64,000 nt of DNA from an uncultured bacterium (lineage in GTDB: Bacteria; AUK180), in the NCBI GenBank assembly GCA_937863565.1, contig CALMGJ010000031.1:1-64000 (forward strand), read 5' to 3'. The notes under the pieces are model-generated. The model ran no database searches and was not told the origin of the DNA. It saw nothing but the letters and a program-made list of their open reading frames with translations. This document shows, one piece after another, positions 9,551 to 19,840 of the stretch. A program made the position numbers and the translations under genes. Each line of letters begins with the position of its first letter. Within the stretch, counting starts at the first letter, position 1.

Positions 9551-10827
9551 TTCTCCCCGAAAGGATATACTCTGGCGCCTTCGTAAAAGGTGAATGAGAC
9601 CTTGCCCTTCAATTTCCTGCCGAGAAGAGGCGTGTTCTTCCCTTTTGAATAAAGCGTTTTTTCCGTTACCTTCCATTCCAGATTTTTATCGAATACCGCA
9701 AAATTAGCTACGGCATTCTCCTTGAGCGCTTTTTCCTGCATCTTGAGAAGTTTTCTCGGAGCATTGCCGAAAAGCCCGACCCATTTCTCGAATGGTATTT
9801 TCTCTTTTATGGTGAGCGTTTCATAAAGAAGTGAAAGCGCAGTATCAAGGTTCGATACGCCGAAAGGCGCACCGTCGAACGGATATTCTTTCTCGAACTT
9901 GGCGTGCGGGGCGTGGTCCGTGGCCAGACAGTCCACCTTGCCTTCCCTGACAAGCCCTATGAGGAATTTGCGGTCCTTCTCCGTTCTCAGGGGCGGATTG
10001 ATCTTGAAATTCGTATTGAAGCCCAGGCAGGCCTCTTCATTGAAAGAAAGGTGATGCGGTGTGATGTCGAATGTGATCTTGACCCCTTCTTTCTTGGCGT
10101 TCATGATCAGTTCCGCTCCCCTTTTTGAAGAAACATGCGTGATGTGGACAGGTATGTTCAGATATCTCGAGATCTCTATATCCCTTTTAATGATGATCGT
10201 TTCCGAAATCTCGGGAATGCCTTTCAGGCCGAGCTTGTCAGCTACAAGGCCTTCATTTAAAAACCCGCCCTTCTTCAGATAATTATCTTCCGCATGGTCC
10301 ATTATAAAAAGCCCGAAGGTATGCGCGTATTCCATCGCCTTCATCATAAGGGAGGTATCCTGGATGCACATGCCGTCATCGGTGACCCCTACAGCGCCTT
10401 TATTTTTCATAAGGCCCATTCTGGCAAGTTTTTCTCCCTGCAGGCCTACTGTGAGCGATCCGAAAGGATGTATCCGGCACCGCCCGTATCTCTCTCCCTC
10501 GAGGATTATATAATCGATAATGGCTTCATTATCCGCAACGGGTTTTGTATTAGGCATGGAGCACAATTCGGTGAATCCGCCTGCCACTGCCGCCCGCGTA
10601 ACATGCTCAAAATCTTCTTTATATTCCTGGCCCGGGCACCTGATATGAGTATGAAGGTCAAAAAGGGACGGGATCACATAAGAGCCTGAGATATCTATCT
10701 CTATCGCCCCCCTGTCCGGGATGTTCTTGAAGGTGATCTTTCCGTTATCCAGAACGGCAAAATCCTTTTTCGCAAAGCCCTTGGGGGCATCTAATACCAT
10801 TCCATTCCTGAAAATATATCTTTTCAT
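9547..10827 (-). CDS. pyrC: Dihydroorotase (type I)
   Basis: DLHTH, MPNTKP, HAED, HVSS, KINPPLR, ATDHAPH, SKGKNTP; start moved to ATG 10827. Confidence 0.95.
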   Translation of the reverse strand: MKRYIFRNGMVLDAPKGFAKKDFAVLDNGKITFKNIPDRGAIEIDISGSYVIPSLFDLHTHIRCPGQEYKEDFEHVTRAAVAGGFTELCSMPNTKPVADNEAIIDYIILEGERYGRCRIHPFGSLTVGLQGEKLARMGLMKNKGAVGVTDDGMCIQDTSLMMKAMEYAHTFGLFIMDHAEDNYLKKGGFLNEGLVADKLGLKGIPEISETIIIKRDIEISRYLNIPVHITHVSSKRGAELIMNAKKEGVKITFDITPHHLSFNEEACLGFNTNFKINPPLRTEKDRKFLIGLVREGKVDCLATDHAPHAKFEKEYPFDGAPFGVSNLDTALSLLYETLTIKEKIPFEKWVGLFGNAPRKLLKMQEKALKENAVANFAVFDKNLEWKVTEKTLYSKGKNTPLLGRKLKGKVSFTFYEGARVYPFGEK

Positions 10828-10828
10828 T

Positions 10829-11737
10829 TCAGGCCTCCACGAGATGATAGAAGATCGACATTCTTGTTGCAAGTCCGTTCGTTACCTGTTCGTTTATCAC
10901 CGAGAATTCGGAATCCGCCACTTCTCCGTCGATCTCGATGCCCCTGTTTATGGGGCCGGGATGCATCACGAGCACTTTGGGGTTCAAAGACCCGAGTATC
11001 TCTTCTTTGAGCCCGAAGAAATGATTGTATTCCACTTCGTCGGGTATGAGGCCGCTGTCCTGCCTTTCCTTCTGCATGCGAAGGCCCATGATCACGTCGG
11101 CATTCTTTATTGCCTCTTTGACACTGAAGTTCACCTTCACTCCGAGCGATGATACGGAAAAAGGCAAAAGAGTTCTCGGCGTGCATATGGTAACGTGTGC
11201 GCCGAGTTTTAAAAATGCGTCTATATCGGAGCGGACCACTCTTGAATATTTGATGTCGCCTACGATCGTGATATTGAGGCCCTTTAGAGTCCCGAATCTC
11301 TCCCAGATCGTATAAACGTCAAGGATGGCCTGAGTGGGATGGGAATGCGCGCCGTCACCGGCATTGATAACGCTTCCCCTGATATGATCGGCAACGATAT
11401 AAGGCACGCCGGGAGATGAATGCCTTACCACATAGATATCTATCTTCATCGCATCCAGCGTCATCACGGTATCCTTGATCGATTCGTCTTTCTTCAGACT
11501 GCTCGAGGACGCGGTGAAATTCACGATATCGGCGGACATTCTTTTTGCAGCAAGTTCAAACGAAAGTTTTGTTCTTGTGGACGGTTCGAAGAAAAGAAGC
11601 CCTATCGTTTTCCCTCTCAGGGTAGGAATCTTCTTGATCGGCCTGGTCAGGATCTCCTTGAAGGCCTTGCCCTGTTCAAGAATGCTCATAAACTCGCTTT
11701 TCGAGAGATCATCAACGGTGATGAGATGTTTTCTCAT
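10829..11737 (-). CDS. pyrB: Aspartate carbamoyltransferase catalytic subunit
   Basis: FFEPSTRT, INAGDG.HSHPTQ, RMQKER, MHPGP; start ATG 11737. Confidence 0.97.
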   Translation of the reverse strand: MRKHLITVDDLSKSEFMSILEQGKAFKEILTRPIKKIPTLRGKTIGLLFFEPSTRTKLSFELAAKRMSADIVNFTASSSSLKKDESIKDTVMTLDAMKIDIYVVRHSSPGVPYIVADHIRGSVINAGDGAHSHPTQAILDVYTIWERFGTLKGLNITIVGDIKYSRVVRSDIDAFLKLGAHVTICTPRTLLPFSVSSLGVKVNFSVKEAIKNADVIMGLRMQKERQDSGLIPDEVEYNHFFGLKEEILGSLNPKVLVMHPGPINRGIEIDGEVADSEFSVINEQVTNGLATRMSIFYHLVEA

Positions 11738-12279
11738 TTTTTCTCCTTCTCCACGATCAGCACTTCCCACCTGCCGTCGGTCTCTTCGGTCTTCACTTCG
11801 ATCACCTCCGTTTTCTTGGTCGGTATGACCTTGCCGGCAAAATTCGCCATGATTGGAAGTTCCCTGTGCCCGCGGTCTATGAGCACCGCCGTTTGAATCG
11901 ATCTGGGCCTTCCGTAATCCATGATCTCATCCAAAGCGGCCCTCGTTGTCCTGCCCGTATAGAGCACATCATCAACAAGGATCACGAGTTTGTTATTGAG
12001 GTCGAAATCGATCTCCGTGCTGTTCACTTTGGGTTTTGAGGAGAGCGTAGAAAGATCATCCCGGTAAAGCGTGATATCTATTATGCCGAAAGGCACATCG
12101 GAGTTCTCGGTTTTATCGATGAATTCCTTAATGACCTTTCCCAAAGGGACCCCGCGCCTTCTTATGCCGAGTATGGCAAGTCCTTCAACGCCATGGTTGA
12201 ATTCTATGATCTCGTGGGCAATGCGTTTGAGACTGCGGAAAATATCCTCCTTGCTCATTATCCGTGCTTTTTCCTTCAT
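11734..12279 (-). CDS. pyrR: Pyrimidine regulatory protein / uracil phosphoribosyltransferase
   Basis: RIAHEIIE, DITLYRDD, VDDVLYTGRT, DRGHRELPI. Confidence 0.96.
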   Translation of the reverse strand: MKEKARIMSKEDIFRSLKRIAHEIIEFNHGVEGLAILGIRRRGVPLGKVIKEFIDKTENSDVPFGIIDITLYRDDLSTLSSKPKVNSTEIDFDLNNKLVILVDDVLYTGRTTRAALDEIMDYGRPRSIQTAVLIDRGHRELPIMANFAGKVIPTKKTEVIEVKTEETDGRWEVLIVEKEKK

Positions 12280-13889
12280 ATCTTCGCCTCCAGTATTTTT
12301 TCGATGAAATTAATGAAAAGCGGATGCGGATTCAGCGGCCTGGACTGAAGTTCCGGATGGAACTGGCATCCGAGGAAGAATCCCTTTCCTTTCATTTCGC
12401 TTATCTCAACAAGTTCATTCTCGGGACAGATGCCGGAGAAGATCACGCCGGCGGATTCGAATCTCTGCTTGAACTCATTATTGAACTCAAATCTGTGCCT
12501 GTGCCTCTCAAGAATGAGCGATTCGCCGTAGGCCTCGTGGGCGCGCGTCCCTTTCGTTATCTTACAGGGATAATGGCCCAGCCTCTGCGTTCCCCCCTTG
12601 TCTTTTATCTTCTTTTGATGTTCCTGAATGTCTATGACCTTGTAAGGCGTTTTCGCGTCGAATTCCGTCGAATTGGCGCCTTTCATTTCAAGTACATGCC
12701 TTGCGATGTCGATGATCAGTATCTGCATTCCGAGGCAGATCCCGAAACACGGGATATCGTTCTCTCGGGCATATTTCGCAGCCTGTATCATGCCCTCTAT
12801 ACCCCTGTCGCCGAAACCTCCCGGAATGAGTATTCCGTTCATCCCATTGAGTTTCGATCGGTCCTTTTCCGTAATGTCCGCCGATTCGATCCATTCGATC
12901 CCGGTCCTCACTTTAAGATAACTGGAAGCGTGATTGACGGCCTCCCTGATGCTCATGTAACTGTCCGTAAGATCCACGTATTTGCCTACGATCCCGATCG
13001 TTATCTCTTTTTCGTGGGCGAAGAAATCGTTCAGGAATTTCTTCCAGGAGTTTATGTAATCCGATTTCCTTATCTGAGTGATATTGAAGAATTCGAGGAT
13101 CTTTACGGAAAAATCCTGCTCTTCGAGCTTGAGAGGGACTTCATAGATGCTTTTCTGATCGGGAACGGAAATAACGCGGTCCACCGAAACACTGCAAAAC
13201 AGCGAAACCTTGTTCTTCAGTTCTTTCGAGATCTCCCGTTCGCTTCTGCAGGCGAGGAAATCGGGCTGTATGCCTATCCTTCTGAGTTCGTTCACCGAAT
13301 GCTGGGTAGGTTTGGTCTTGAACTCCTCGGATGACCTTATGAACGGTATCAGAGTAAGATGAATGAACATCACATCGGCCGGGTATTCGAGCTTGATCTG
13401 CCTGATCGCTTCGAGGAATGGCAGTGATTCGATATCGCCTACCGTTCCGCCGATCTCGCAGATGAGAAAATCATCCTTTCTGTCAACAAGGCGGTATATC
13501 CTGCTTTTGATCTCGTCCGTGATATGTGGGACGACCTGCACGGTATTTCCAAGGTAATCTCCCCTGCGCTCCTTCTCGATTACGGCATTGTAGACCTTTC
13601 CCGTGGTGACGTTGTTAAGGCTGGTCATATCCCGCGAAATATAGCGTTCATAATGCCCGAGGTCGAGATCGGTCTCCGCGCCATCCTTAGTGATGTAGAC
13701 CTCTCCGTGCTGGAACGGGTTCATCGTGCCCGAATCTACATTGATATAAGGGTCGAATTTCATTATATTGACGGAGAAACCCTTGCCCTTGAGAATGACC
13801 CCCAGCGACGCGGCCGTAATGCCCTTCCCGAGAGAGGAGATGACGCCGCCCGTGATGAAAATCAGCCTGGTATCAAGTCTTTTTGTCAT
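12276..13889 (-). CDS. pyrG: CTP synthase
   Basis: GGVISSLGKG, KTKPTQHSV, GICLGMQ, RHRHRFE, QFHPE. Confidence 0.98.
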   Translation of the reverse strand: MTKRLDTRLIFITGGVISSLGKGITAASLGVILKGKGFSVNIMKFDPYINVDSGTMNPFQHGEVYITKDGAETDLDLGHYERYISRDMTSLNNVTTGKVYNAVIEKERRGDYLGNTVQVVPHITDEIKSRIYRLVDRKDDFLICEIGGTVGDIESLPFLEAIRQIKLEYPADVMFIHLTLIPFIRSSEEFKTKPTQHSVNELRRIGIQPDFLACRSEREISKELKNKVSLFCSVSVDRVISVPDQKSIYEVPLKLEEQDFSVKILEFFNITQIRKSDYINSWKKFLNDFFAHEKEITIGIVGKYVDLTDSYMSIREAVNHASSYLKVRTGIEWIESADITEKDRSKLNGMNGILIPGGFGDRGIEGMIQAAKYARENDIPCFGICLGMQILIIDIARHVLEMKGANSTEFDAKTPYKVIDIQEHQKKIKDKGGTQRLGHYPCKITKGTRAHEAYGESLILERHRHRFEFNNEFKQRFESAGVIFSGICPENELVEISEMKGKGFFLGCQFHPELQSRPLNPHPLFINFIEKILEAKI

Positions 13890-15162
13890 ATACGCTTCCT
13901 ATATCCTTTCTGAAGAATGTCTTTTCATTGCTTATCGTCTCAAGTATATCGTAAACCCTTTTCTTCAGTGCGGTAAGATCGGGGTCTATCGAGGTCACAC
14001 CGAGTATCCTTCCTCCCGTTGAAAGATACTTCCCGTTCTCCTTACGCAGGCCGGCCGGGAAGATCTTAACGTTCTCCGGGAACGTATCGGGCATTATTAT
14101 ATGTATGTTCCTTCCGTATTTTTCGGGATATCCGCGTGCGGCAAGAATGGCCGTGAGAGCATAATGATCTCTTTTTACGCTGTAGGAGATATTGAAATCC
14201 CCCACCGCGATCTTGTACAGGATCTCGGAAAGGTCGCCATCGATGAGCTGAAGCAGCGATTGTGTTTCCGGATCGCCGAAACGGGCATTGTATTCCAAAA
14301 CGAAATATCCGGCATCGTTCACAATGACGCCGGCATAGAGTATGCCCCTGTATATGATCCCTTCCTTCTTGAATCCCTTAAGCGCATTGCCGATTATAAC
14401 ATTGCCCCATTTTTTGTAATCGTCCTTCTCTGCTTCCGAAACATCTGGAAATCCGCCCGCATAGCAAGGAGCGATGCAGCCCATGCCGCCTGTATTCGGC
14501 CCCTCGTCATTATCGAAGGCCTTCTTGTAATCCCGTGCCGGGGGAAGCAGGAAATAGCTCTCATCCATCACAAAAGCAAGCATTGAAACCTCTGTGCCGG
14601 GAAGGTATTCCTCGATCACAGCTTTTTCCTGGTGGCCGTATTTCTTTTCGATGAAGATATCCCTGAGTATCCTCTTCCCTTCATCATAACTCTCCGCTTT
14701 AACGGCACCTTTACCGAGCGCCAGGCCCGCGGCTTTGATATATTTCGGGAAGAAAGCGTCCTCCAGGTATTTAACGCCTTCCTCATATCCGAAAACGATC
14801 TCGAAATCGGCCGTGGGTATATCGTATTTCCTCATGAAGTCCTTAGCGTATCCTTTATCCCCTTCTATTTTAGCTCCGAGGCCGCCCGGGCCGAAGACGG
14901 GGATCTCCTTGCCCCTGAGATGATCGCCCACTCCGAAAACGAGCGGCGATTCCGGACCGATTACCGCAAGATCGAAATCCCGGGGCCTTATACGCTCCAG
15001 CATAATGCTAATATCGTCGGTCTGCGGATAAAAAGGGATCGCGCCGGGAAGGCATGTATTGGACGGCCACTGATAAATCTCGACACCGAAGCGGGACGAT
15101 GTCATTATCTTGTCTATGATCGCGGATTCCCTGCCGCCGTTCCCTATTACGAGTATCTTCAT
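13873..15162 (-). CDS. purD: Phosphoribosylamine-glycine ligase
   Basis: GNGGRE, GPESPL, KAAGLALGKG, GPNTGGMG, EYNARFGDPETQ. Confidence 0.96.
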   Translation of the reverse strand: MKILVIGNGGRESAIIDKIMTSSRFGVEIYQWPSNTCLPGAIPFYPQTDDISIMLERIRPRDFDLAVIGPESPLVFGVGDHLRGKEIPVFGPGGLGAKIEGDKGYAKDFMRKYDIPTADFEIVFGYEEGVKYLEDAFFPKYIKAAGLALGKGAVKAESYDEGKRILRDIFIEKKYGHQEKAVIEEYLPGTEVSMLAFVMDESYFLLPPARDYKKAFDNDEGPNTGGMGCIAPCYAGGFPDVSEAEKDDYKKWGNVIIGNALKGFKKEGIIYRGILYAGVIVNDAGYFVLEYNARFGDPETQSLLQLIDGDLSEILYKIAVGDFNISYSVKRDHYALTAILAARGYPEKYGRNIHIIMPDTFPENVKIFPAGLRKENGKYLSTGGRILGVTSIDPDLTALKKRVYDILETISNEKTFFRKDIGSVYDKKT

Positions 15163-15392
15163 TATTCCTTCGTTACCGTATAATCCTCGATGACGGGATT
15201 GGAAAGGATGTTCTGAGCTATCTCGTTTATCTTCTCTTCCGGCATTTCTTCGGACAGTTCGAGGATGAAACTCCTCTCGATGCCGACCTTTTTCACGTTC
15301 TCATAACCGATCTTGTTCAATGTTCTCAGTATTGTATCCCCTTCCGGATTGAAAATCCCCTTTTTAAAACTAACCGTGATCTTCACTTTCAT
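15162..15392 (-). CDS. purS: FGAM synthase subunit PurS
   Basis: 76 aa; KGIFNPEG...LSNPVIEDY. Confidence 0.93.
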   Translation of the reverse strand: MKVKITVSFKKGIFNPEGDTILRTLNKIGYENVKKVGIERSFILELSEEMPEEKINEIAQNILSNPVIEDYTVTKE

Positions 15393-16684
15393 AAGCGCTC
15401 CTGAACAGTCCTTTTGAATATTCCGTCTATGTTCTTCAAGAAAACCTTCGCATCTGTGAGCCGCTCAAGTTCTTCTTCGCTCAGGTGCGCCGTGATCTCT
15501 TTTATTCCCCCCACGCACTCTGCGAAATCCGCGCCTTTTTCTACGCACTCGAAAACGGCCTTCTGTACGATCTCGTATGCTTCCTTCCTTTTCAAGCCCT
15601 TTTCGGCAAGTGCCGTGAGAAGAAGCCCTGAGAAGTATTTTCCTTTCGATGCGGCAAGATTCTCCGCGATCTTCTCCCGGTTCACAACGAGTTTATCCAT
15701 GATATCTCCGATCTCAAGGCAGAGGTATGCGGTAAGTCCGAACACATCCGGAAGCATTATTCGCTCCGCGGAAGAATGCGAGATGTCCCTCTCATGCCAG
15801 AGTACAATATTCTCAAAAGATACGCCCGCATAAGAACGGACTATGCGGGAAAGGCCGCTGATCCTTTCGCATCTTACGGGATTCTTCTTGTGAGGCATGG
15901 CCGAGGACCCTTTCTGGCCTTTGCTGAAGGGTTCTGCCATCTCTCCTATCTCATTGTGTGAAAGAAGCCTTATCTGAACGGCGATCCTCTCGAATACGGA
16001 AACAAGGATCCCTGCGGCGCAGACTATACGGGCATAAATATCCCTCTGGATAACCTGATTCGTTGCCTCAGCTCTCTTCAAAGAAAGCTCCTTTAGAACG
16101 AAATCCTCGCCCTCGGGCGGAAAACCCGAATATGTCCCTACGGCGCCCGAGAGCATTCCCGCGGAAGCTTCGTCAAGAGCGTTCAGGAAATGCGCCGAAC
16201 TCCTTTTCAGTTCAGTGAACCAGTTGAGGATCTTCAGACCCACCGTAACAGGTTCCGCAATGACATTGTGCGTACGGCCGCAAATGATGACATCCTTATA
16301 TTCAATTGCTTTCTTCCTGAAAACCCCGAGAAGCACGCCCAGCACCGTCTCAAAATACTCCTGAGTCATTTTGAACTGGAGCGCTGTGGCGGTGTCGAGT
16401 ATGTCAGAAGACGTTATTCCGTGGTGAAGACCCTTTGTTATGCCGCTTTTTTCCTCGAGGACCTCGATGAAGGCGATCACATCGTGCTTAGTAATCCTTT
16501 CATGCTCTTCAACTTCTTCAGCGGTGATCTGAGTGGAAAGGATCTTCTCGAAAGAACCTTTCTCTGCAAACCCTTTCCCTTCGTAGAATTTGATCACCGC
16601 GGCCTCTATTTCTATGAAGCGCCTGATCCGTTCGGCCTGCGACCAGATCCGGGAGATCTCTTTATTGGAATACCGTTCTATCAT
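15389..16684 (-). CDS. purB: Adenylosuccinate lyase
   Basis: MIERYS, HDVIAF, GRTH, GSSAMPHKKNP, ERDISHSS. Confidence 0.97.
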   Translation of the reverse strand: MIERYSNKEISRIWSQAERIRRFIEIEAAVIKFYEGKGFAEKGSFEKILSTQITAEEVEEHERITKHDVIAFIEVLEEKSGITKGLHHGITSSDILDTATALQFKMTQEYFETVLGVLLGVFRKKAIEYKDVIICGRTHNVIAEPVTVGLKILNWFTELKRSSAHFLNALDEASAGMLSGAVGTYSGFPPEGEDFVLKELSLKRAEATNQVIQRDIYARIVCAAGILVSVFERIAVQIRLLSHNEIGEMAEPFSKGQKGSSAMPHKKNPVRCERISGLSRIVRSYAGVSFENIVLWHERDISHSSAERIMLPDVFGLTAYLCLEIGDIMDKLVVNREKIAENLAASKGKYFSGLLLTALAEKGLKRKEAYEIVQKAVFECVEKGADFAECVGGIKEITAHLSEEELERLTDAKVFLKNIDGIFKRTVQERL

Positions 16685-17118
16685 TTGTATATATCCTTTT
16701 TCAGCGTCTCGAATTTCTCCTTCTCCCCGCAGATCTTGAGAGCCAGCAGGGAGGCGTTGATAAGCCCCGCCTTGTCGTATGAGCAGACGGCCAGAGGCAC
16801 GCCTTTAGGCATCTCGATCATCGAAAAAAGCGCATCCAATCTCACGGGAGAACTGGAGATGGGAACGCCGAGAACCGGCACTTCCGATATTGCCGCAACA
16901 AGGCCCGGAAGCGATGCCGAATATCCGGCCGACGCGATCACGGTGCCGTATTCACCGGAGTGTTTCTTCAAAAAATCCAGAAGCTCCTCAAGGTTGCGGT
17001 GCGCAGAAAGCACCTTCACTTCATAATCCACACCGGCATTCTCAAGATGCCTTTCCATTTCTTCGAGATGCTTGATATCGCTTTTGCTGCCGAAAAGAAA
17101 AAGTAACTTAGCGCTCAA
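16681..17118 (-). CDS. purE: PurE (N5-CAIR mutase / AIR carboxylase family)
   Basis: GSKSD, SAHR, LPG, PVLGVP, MPKGVP. Confidence 0.92.
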   Translation of the reverse strand: MSAKLLFLFGSKSDIKHLEEMERHLENAGVDYEVKVLSAHRNLEELLDFLKKHSGEYGTVIASAGYSASLPGLVAAISEVPVLGVPISSSPVRLDALFSMIEMPKGVPLAVCSYDKAGLINASLLALKICGEKEKFETLKKDIYK

Positions 17119-18370
17119 TCGTATTATACCTCCCGGCGCCGGATGAAATAATGTTCGCCGGCGTCCCCAGATATCGTTCTATGAATTTCACGTATTTTTT
17201 CGCATTTGAAGGAAGATCATCGAATACTTTTATTCCGGAAATATCCTCTTTCCAACCCGGAAGTTCCTCGTAAACGGGTTTGGCGAACCCGAGCATTCCG
17301 GCATCTGAAGGAAAATGCTCGAGCAATTTTCTTCCTATCTTATACGCGGTTGCAACTTTAATTGTCTTGAAACCGCTCAGAATGTCCAATTTAGTAAGAG
17401 CGATATTCGAAGCGCCGCTCAGCATCACGGAATATTTAAGAGAGAAAAGGTCGAGCCAGCCTGTTCTTCTGGGCCTGCCCGTAGTAGTTCCGTATTCGCC
17501 GCCTTTCTTTCTTAAGGCCTCCCCATCCGCATTCTTCAGTTCTGTCGGGAAAGGCCCCTCGCCGACCCTTGTGGTATATGCTTTCACTACGCCTGTCACT
17601 TTGGTAATATACTTCGGGGGAAGTCCGGACCCCGTGACAGCGCCGCCCGGATAGGTGCTTGAAGAGGTAACAAAAGGATATGTTCCGAAATCTATGTCAA
17701 GGAAAGCGCCTTGTGCGCCTTCGAAAAGAATGTTCTTGTTCTTGCGGGCATATTCATTGACAAGGTATTCCGTTCGGCAGACATACTTTTTCAAGGCATT
17801 GTACTGCTTGAATAACTTTTCCGCGGCAGCTTGCGCCCGGACCGCCTTGCCGCCGTAATATTTCACGAGTATGAAATTGACATAGTCGAGGTGTTCGGCG
17901 AGTTTTTCGGCATATGTGCCGTTCGCGATATCGCAGAACCTTATCCCGCTCCGGCCGATCTTATCCATATAAGCGGGTCCTATGCCTCTTTTAGTCGTAC
18001 CTATACGGGAATTTGTCTTCTCGCTCATCGCATCAAGGGCAAGATGGTATTCGGTAATGATATTGCATTTATCCGAGATGCAGAGATTCTCCGCCGAATA
18101 TCCCTTTTCCATTATTTTCAAGATCTCTTTGCGGAGCACATCGGGATTGACAACCACACCGTTCCCTATTACGCATTTCACATTGCGGTAAAGGATCCCT
18201 GAAGGAAGAAGATGGTTGAAGAAATATTCCCCTCCGATCTTCAGTGTATGCCCTGCATTATCGCCGCCGCCGAATCTGACGACCATATCCGAGCTCCGGG
18301 CAAGATAATCAGTTATCTTCCCTTTGCCCTCATCCCCCCATTGAAGTCCCATGAGAACAGTAGCAGGCAT
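17108..18370 (-). CDS. purA: Adenylosuccinate synthetase
   Basis: QWGDEGKGK, NAGHT, GIGPAY, EGAQG, GTTTGRPRR, TKLD. Confidence 0.98.
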   Translation of the reverse strand: MPATVLMGLQWGDEGKGKITDYLARSSDMVVRFGGGDNAGHTLKIGGEYFFNHLLPSGILYRNVKCVIGNGVVVNPDVLRKEILKIMEKGYSAENLCISDKCNIITEYHLALDAMSEKTNSRIGTTKRGIGPAYMDKIGRSGIRFCDIANGTYAEKLAEHLDYVNFILVKYYGGKAVRAQAAAEKLFKQYNALKKYVCRTEYLVNEYARKNKNILFEGAQGAFLDIDFGTYPFVTSSSTYPGGAVTGSGLPPKYITKVTGVVKAYTTRVGEGPFPTELKNADGEALRKKGGEYGTTTGRPRRTGWLDLFSLKYSVMLSGASNIALTKLDILSGFKTIKVATAYKIGRKLLEHFPSDAGMLGFAKPVYEELPGWKEDISGIKVFDDLPSNAKKYVKFIERYLGTPANIISSGAGRYNTIER

Positions 18371-18382
18371 ATCTTATCCCTC

Positions 18383-19840
18383 TCAGTGCCTGAACATTCT
18401 TTTACCGGTGAAGACAAGGCAAATACCGTGCTTCTCCGCTGCCGCCACAACATCTTTATCTTTGAGCGATCCCCCCGGTTCGACAATGCATGCGATTCCC
18501 GCGGTTGCCGCAAGATCGATCGAATCGCTGAACGGGAAGAAACCGTCCGAGACGAGCACTGCGCCGCGCGCTTTCTCTTTCGCTTTTTCAATGGCTCTTT
18601 TCAGAGCGTCTATCCGGTTCGGGAAGCCTGCTCCGGAGCCGAGCAGCGTTCTCCCTTTCACTATTATGATGCTGTTCGATGCGAAAACCGGCATGATCGC
18701 AAGCCCGAATTCAATATCGGCCGTGAATGAACTGTTCTCCCTTCCTGTTCTGAAATCCAATTCTATAGGGCTCGAACGATCCTCATTGAAAAGGGTCATG
18801 CCTCCGAAACCCCTGAAAGTATTCTGAAAATCGATGAGAGGATCACCTTCGAATATCCGTATGTTCTTTCTTTTTTCAAAGAAACCGGCAAGTTCTGCCG
18901 AAGATCCCGGAGGTACGATGACTGCTTCGAAGAAATATTCTCTGAGCTTTTCCATAAGAACCTTGTCGAGGGGGCGGTTGAATGCGGCGATGCCGCCGAA
19001 TGCCGAATCGGGCTCAGTATTATATGCAAGTTCGAAGCTCTTTGAAAGATCGGCGGTTTCGGCAACGCCGATAGGATTCCCGTGCTTGACTATACAGACT
19101 GCCGGGTTTTTCAGTTCCTTTAGCGTCCAGAGGGCATGATATGCATCCAAGAAATTATTGTAGGAAACACTTTTTTTATTCTCAAGCACCGCGATATCGG
19201 CAAGACTTTTCTCTGAAGCGGCGATCCTTGCGTATATCCCTTTTTGATGGGGATTCTCTCCGTATTTCAGATATTTCGCGCCGTCAAAAGCCAAAGTAAA
19301 CTTCGGAGGGAAATCCCCTTCAGCGGAATTTGCGATCAGGGAGTCGTAATAGGATGTGTAGTAGAAAGTCTTCTTCGAAAGGAGCATCCGTTTTTGCCGG
19401 TCCGCACCGTTTTCAAGATATTCGAAGGCGTCTTCGTATTCAAAGAACGGAAGTACCCTTTCGTGGTTCTTGGCCGCTGCTCTCAGAAGCGTAATGCCCC
19501 CGATATCGATAAGTTCGATATTATCACTGAAACGGCCTCTTGCAGGAAAGGGGTAAAGATCGACGAATACAAATTCAAGTCCTTCGAGCGGATGGCCGGG
19601 AACATCGTGCTTGGAAAGGACAGCTTCGTATATAACAGGAGATAATGTCTTTACTCTTTCATTAGCCAAGCTCTTGAAGCCCGTAATACTGCCAAGATCG
19701 GAACACGGAACCCCGTTCTTATTTAAAAATTCCGCCGTGCCCGCGGTGGAGAAGAGCTCAATTGAGTTCTTTCGGCACAAAGAAGCAAGCCCAAGCAGAT
19801 CTTCATCCTTGGAATAAGAGCTTATTATCGCTCTTCTCAT
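18383..19840 (-). CDS. purH: Bifunctional AICAR transformylase / IMP cyclohydrolase
   Basis: STAGT, RVKTL, LYPF, IDIGG, KYGENPHQ, KHGNP, SDGFFPF, RMFRH. Confidence 0.95.
   Translation of the reverse strand: MRRAIISSYSKDEDLLGLASLCRKNSIELFSTAGTAEFLNKNGVPCSDLGSITGFKSLANERVKTLSPVIYEAVLSKHDVPGHPLEGLEFVFVDLYPFPARGRFSDNIELIDIGGITLLRAAAKNHERVLPFFEYEDAFEYLENGADRQKRMLLSKKTFYYTSYYDSLIANSAEGDFPPKFTLAFDGAKYLKYGENPHQKGIYARIAASEKSLADIAVLENKKSVSYNNFLDAYHALWTLKELKNPAVCIVKHGNPIGVAETADLSKSFELAYNTEPDSAFGGIAAFNRPLDKVLMEKLREYFFEAVIVPPGSSAELAGFFEKRKNIRIFEGDPLIDFQNTFRGFGGMTLFNEDRSSPIELDFRTGRENSSFTADIEFGLAIMPVFASNSIIIVKGRTLLGSGAGFPNRIDALKRAIEKAKEKARGAVLVSDGFFPFSDSIDLAATAGIACIVEPGGSLKDKDVVAAAEKHGICLVFTGKRMFRH

Noticed and set aside
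12264-13334. 356-aa plus-strand ORF
   Set aside because: Antisense to the well-conserved pyrG with no recognisable motifs; a shadow ORF
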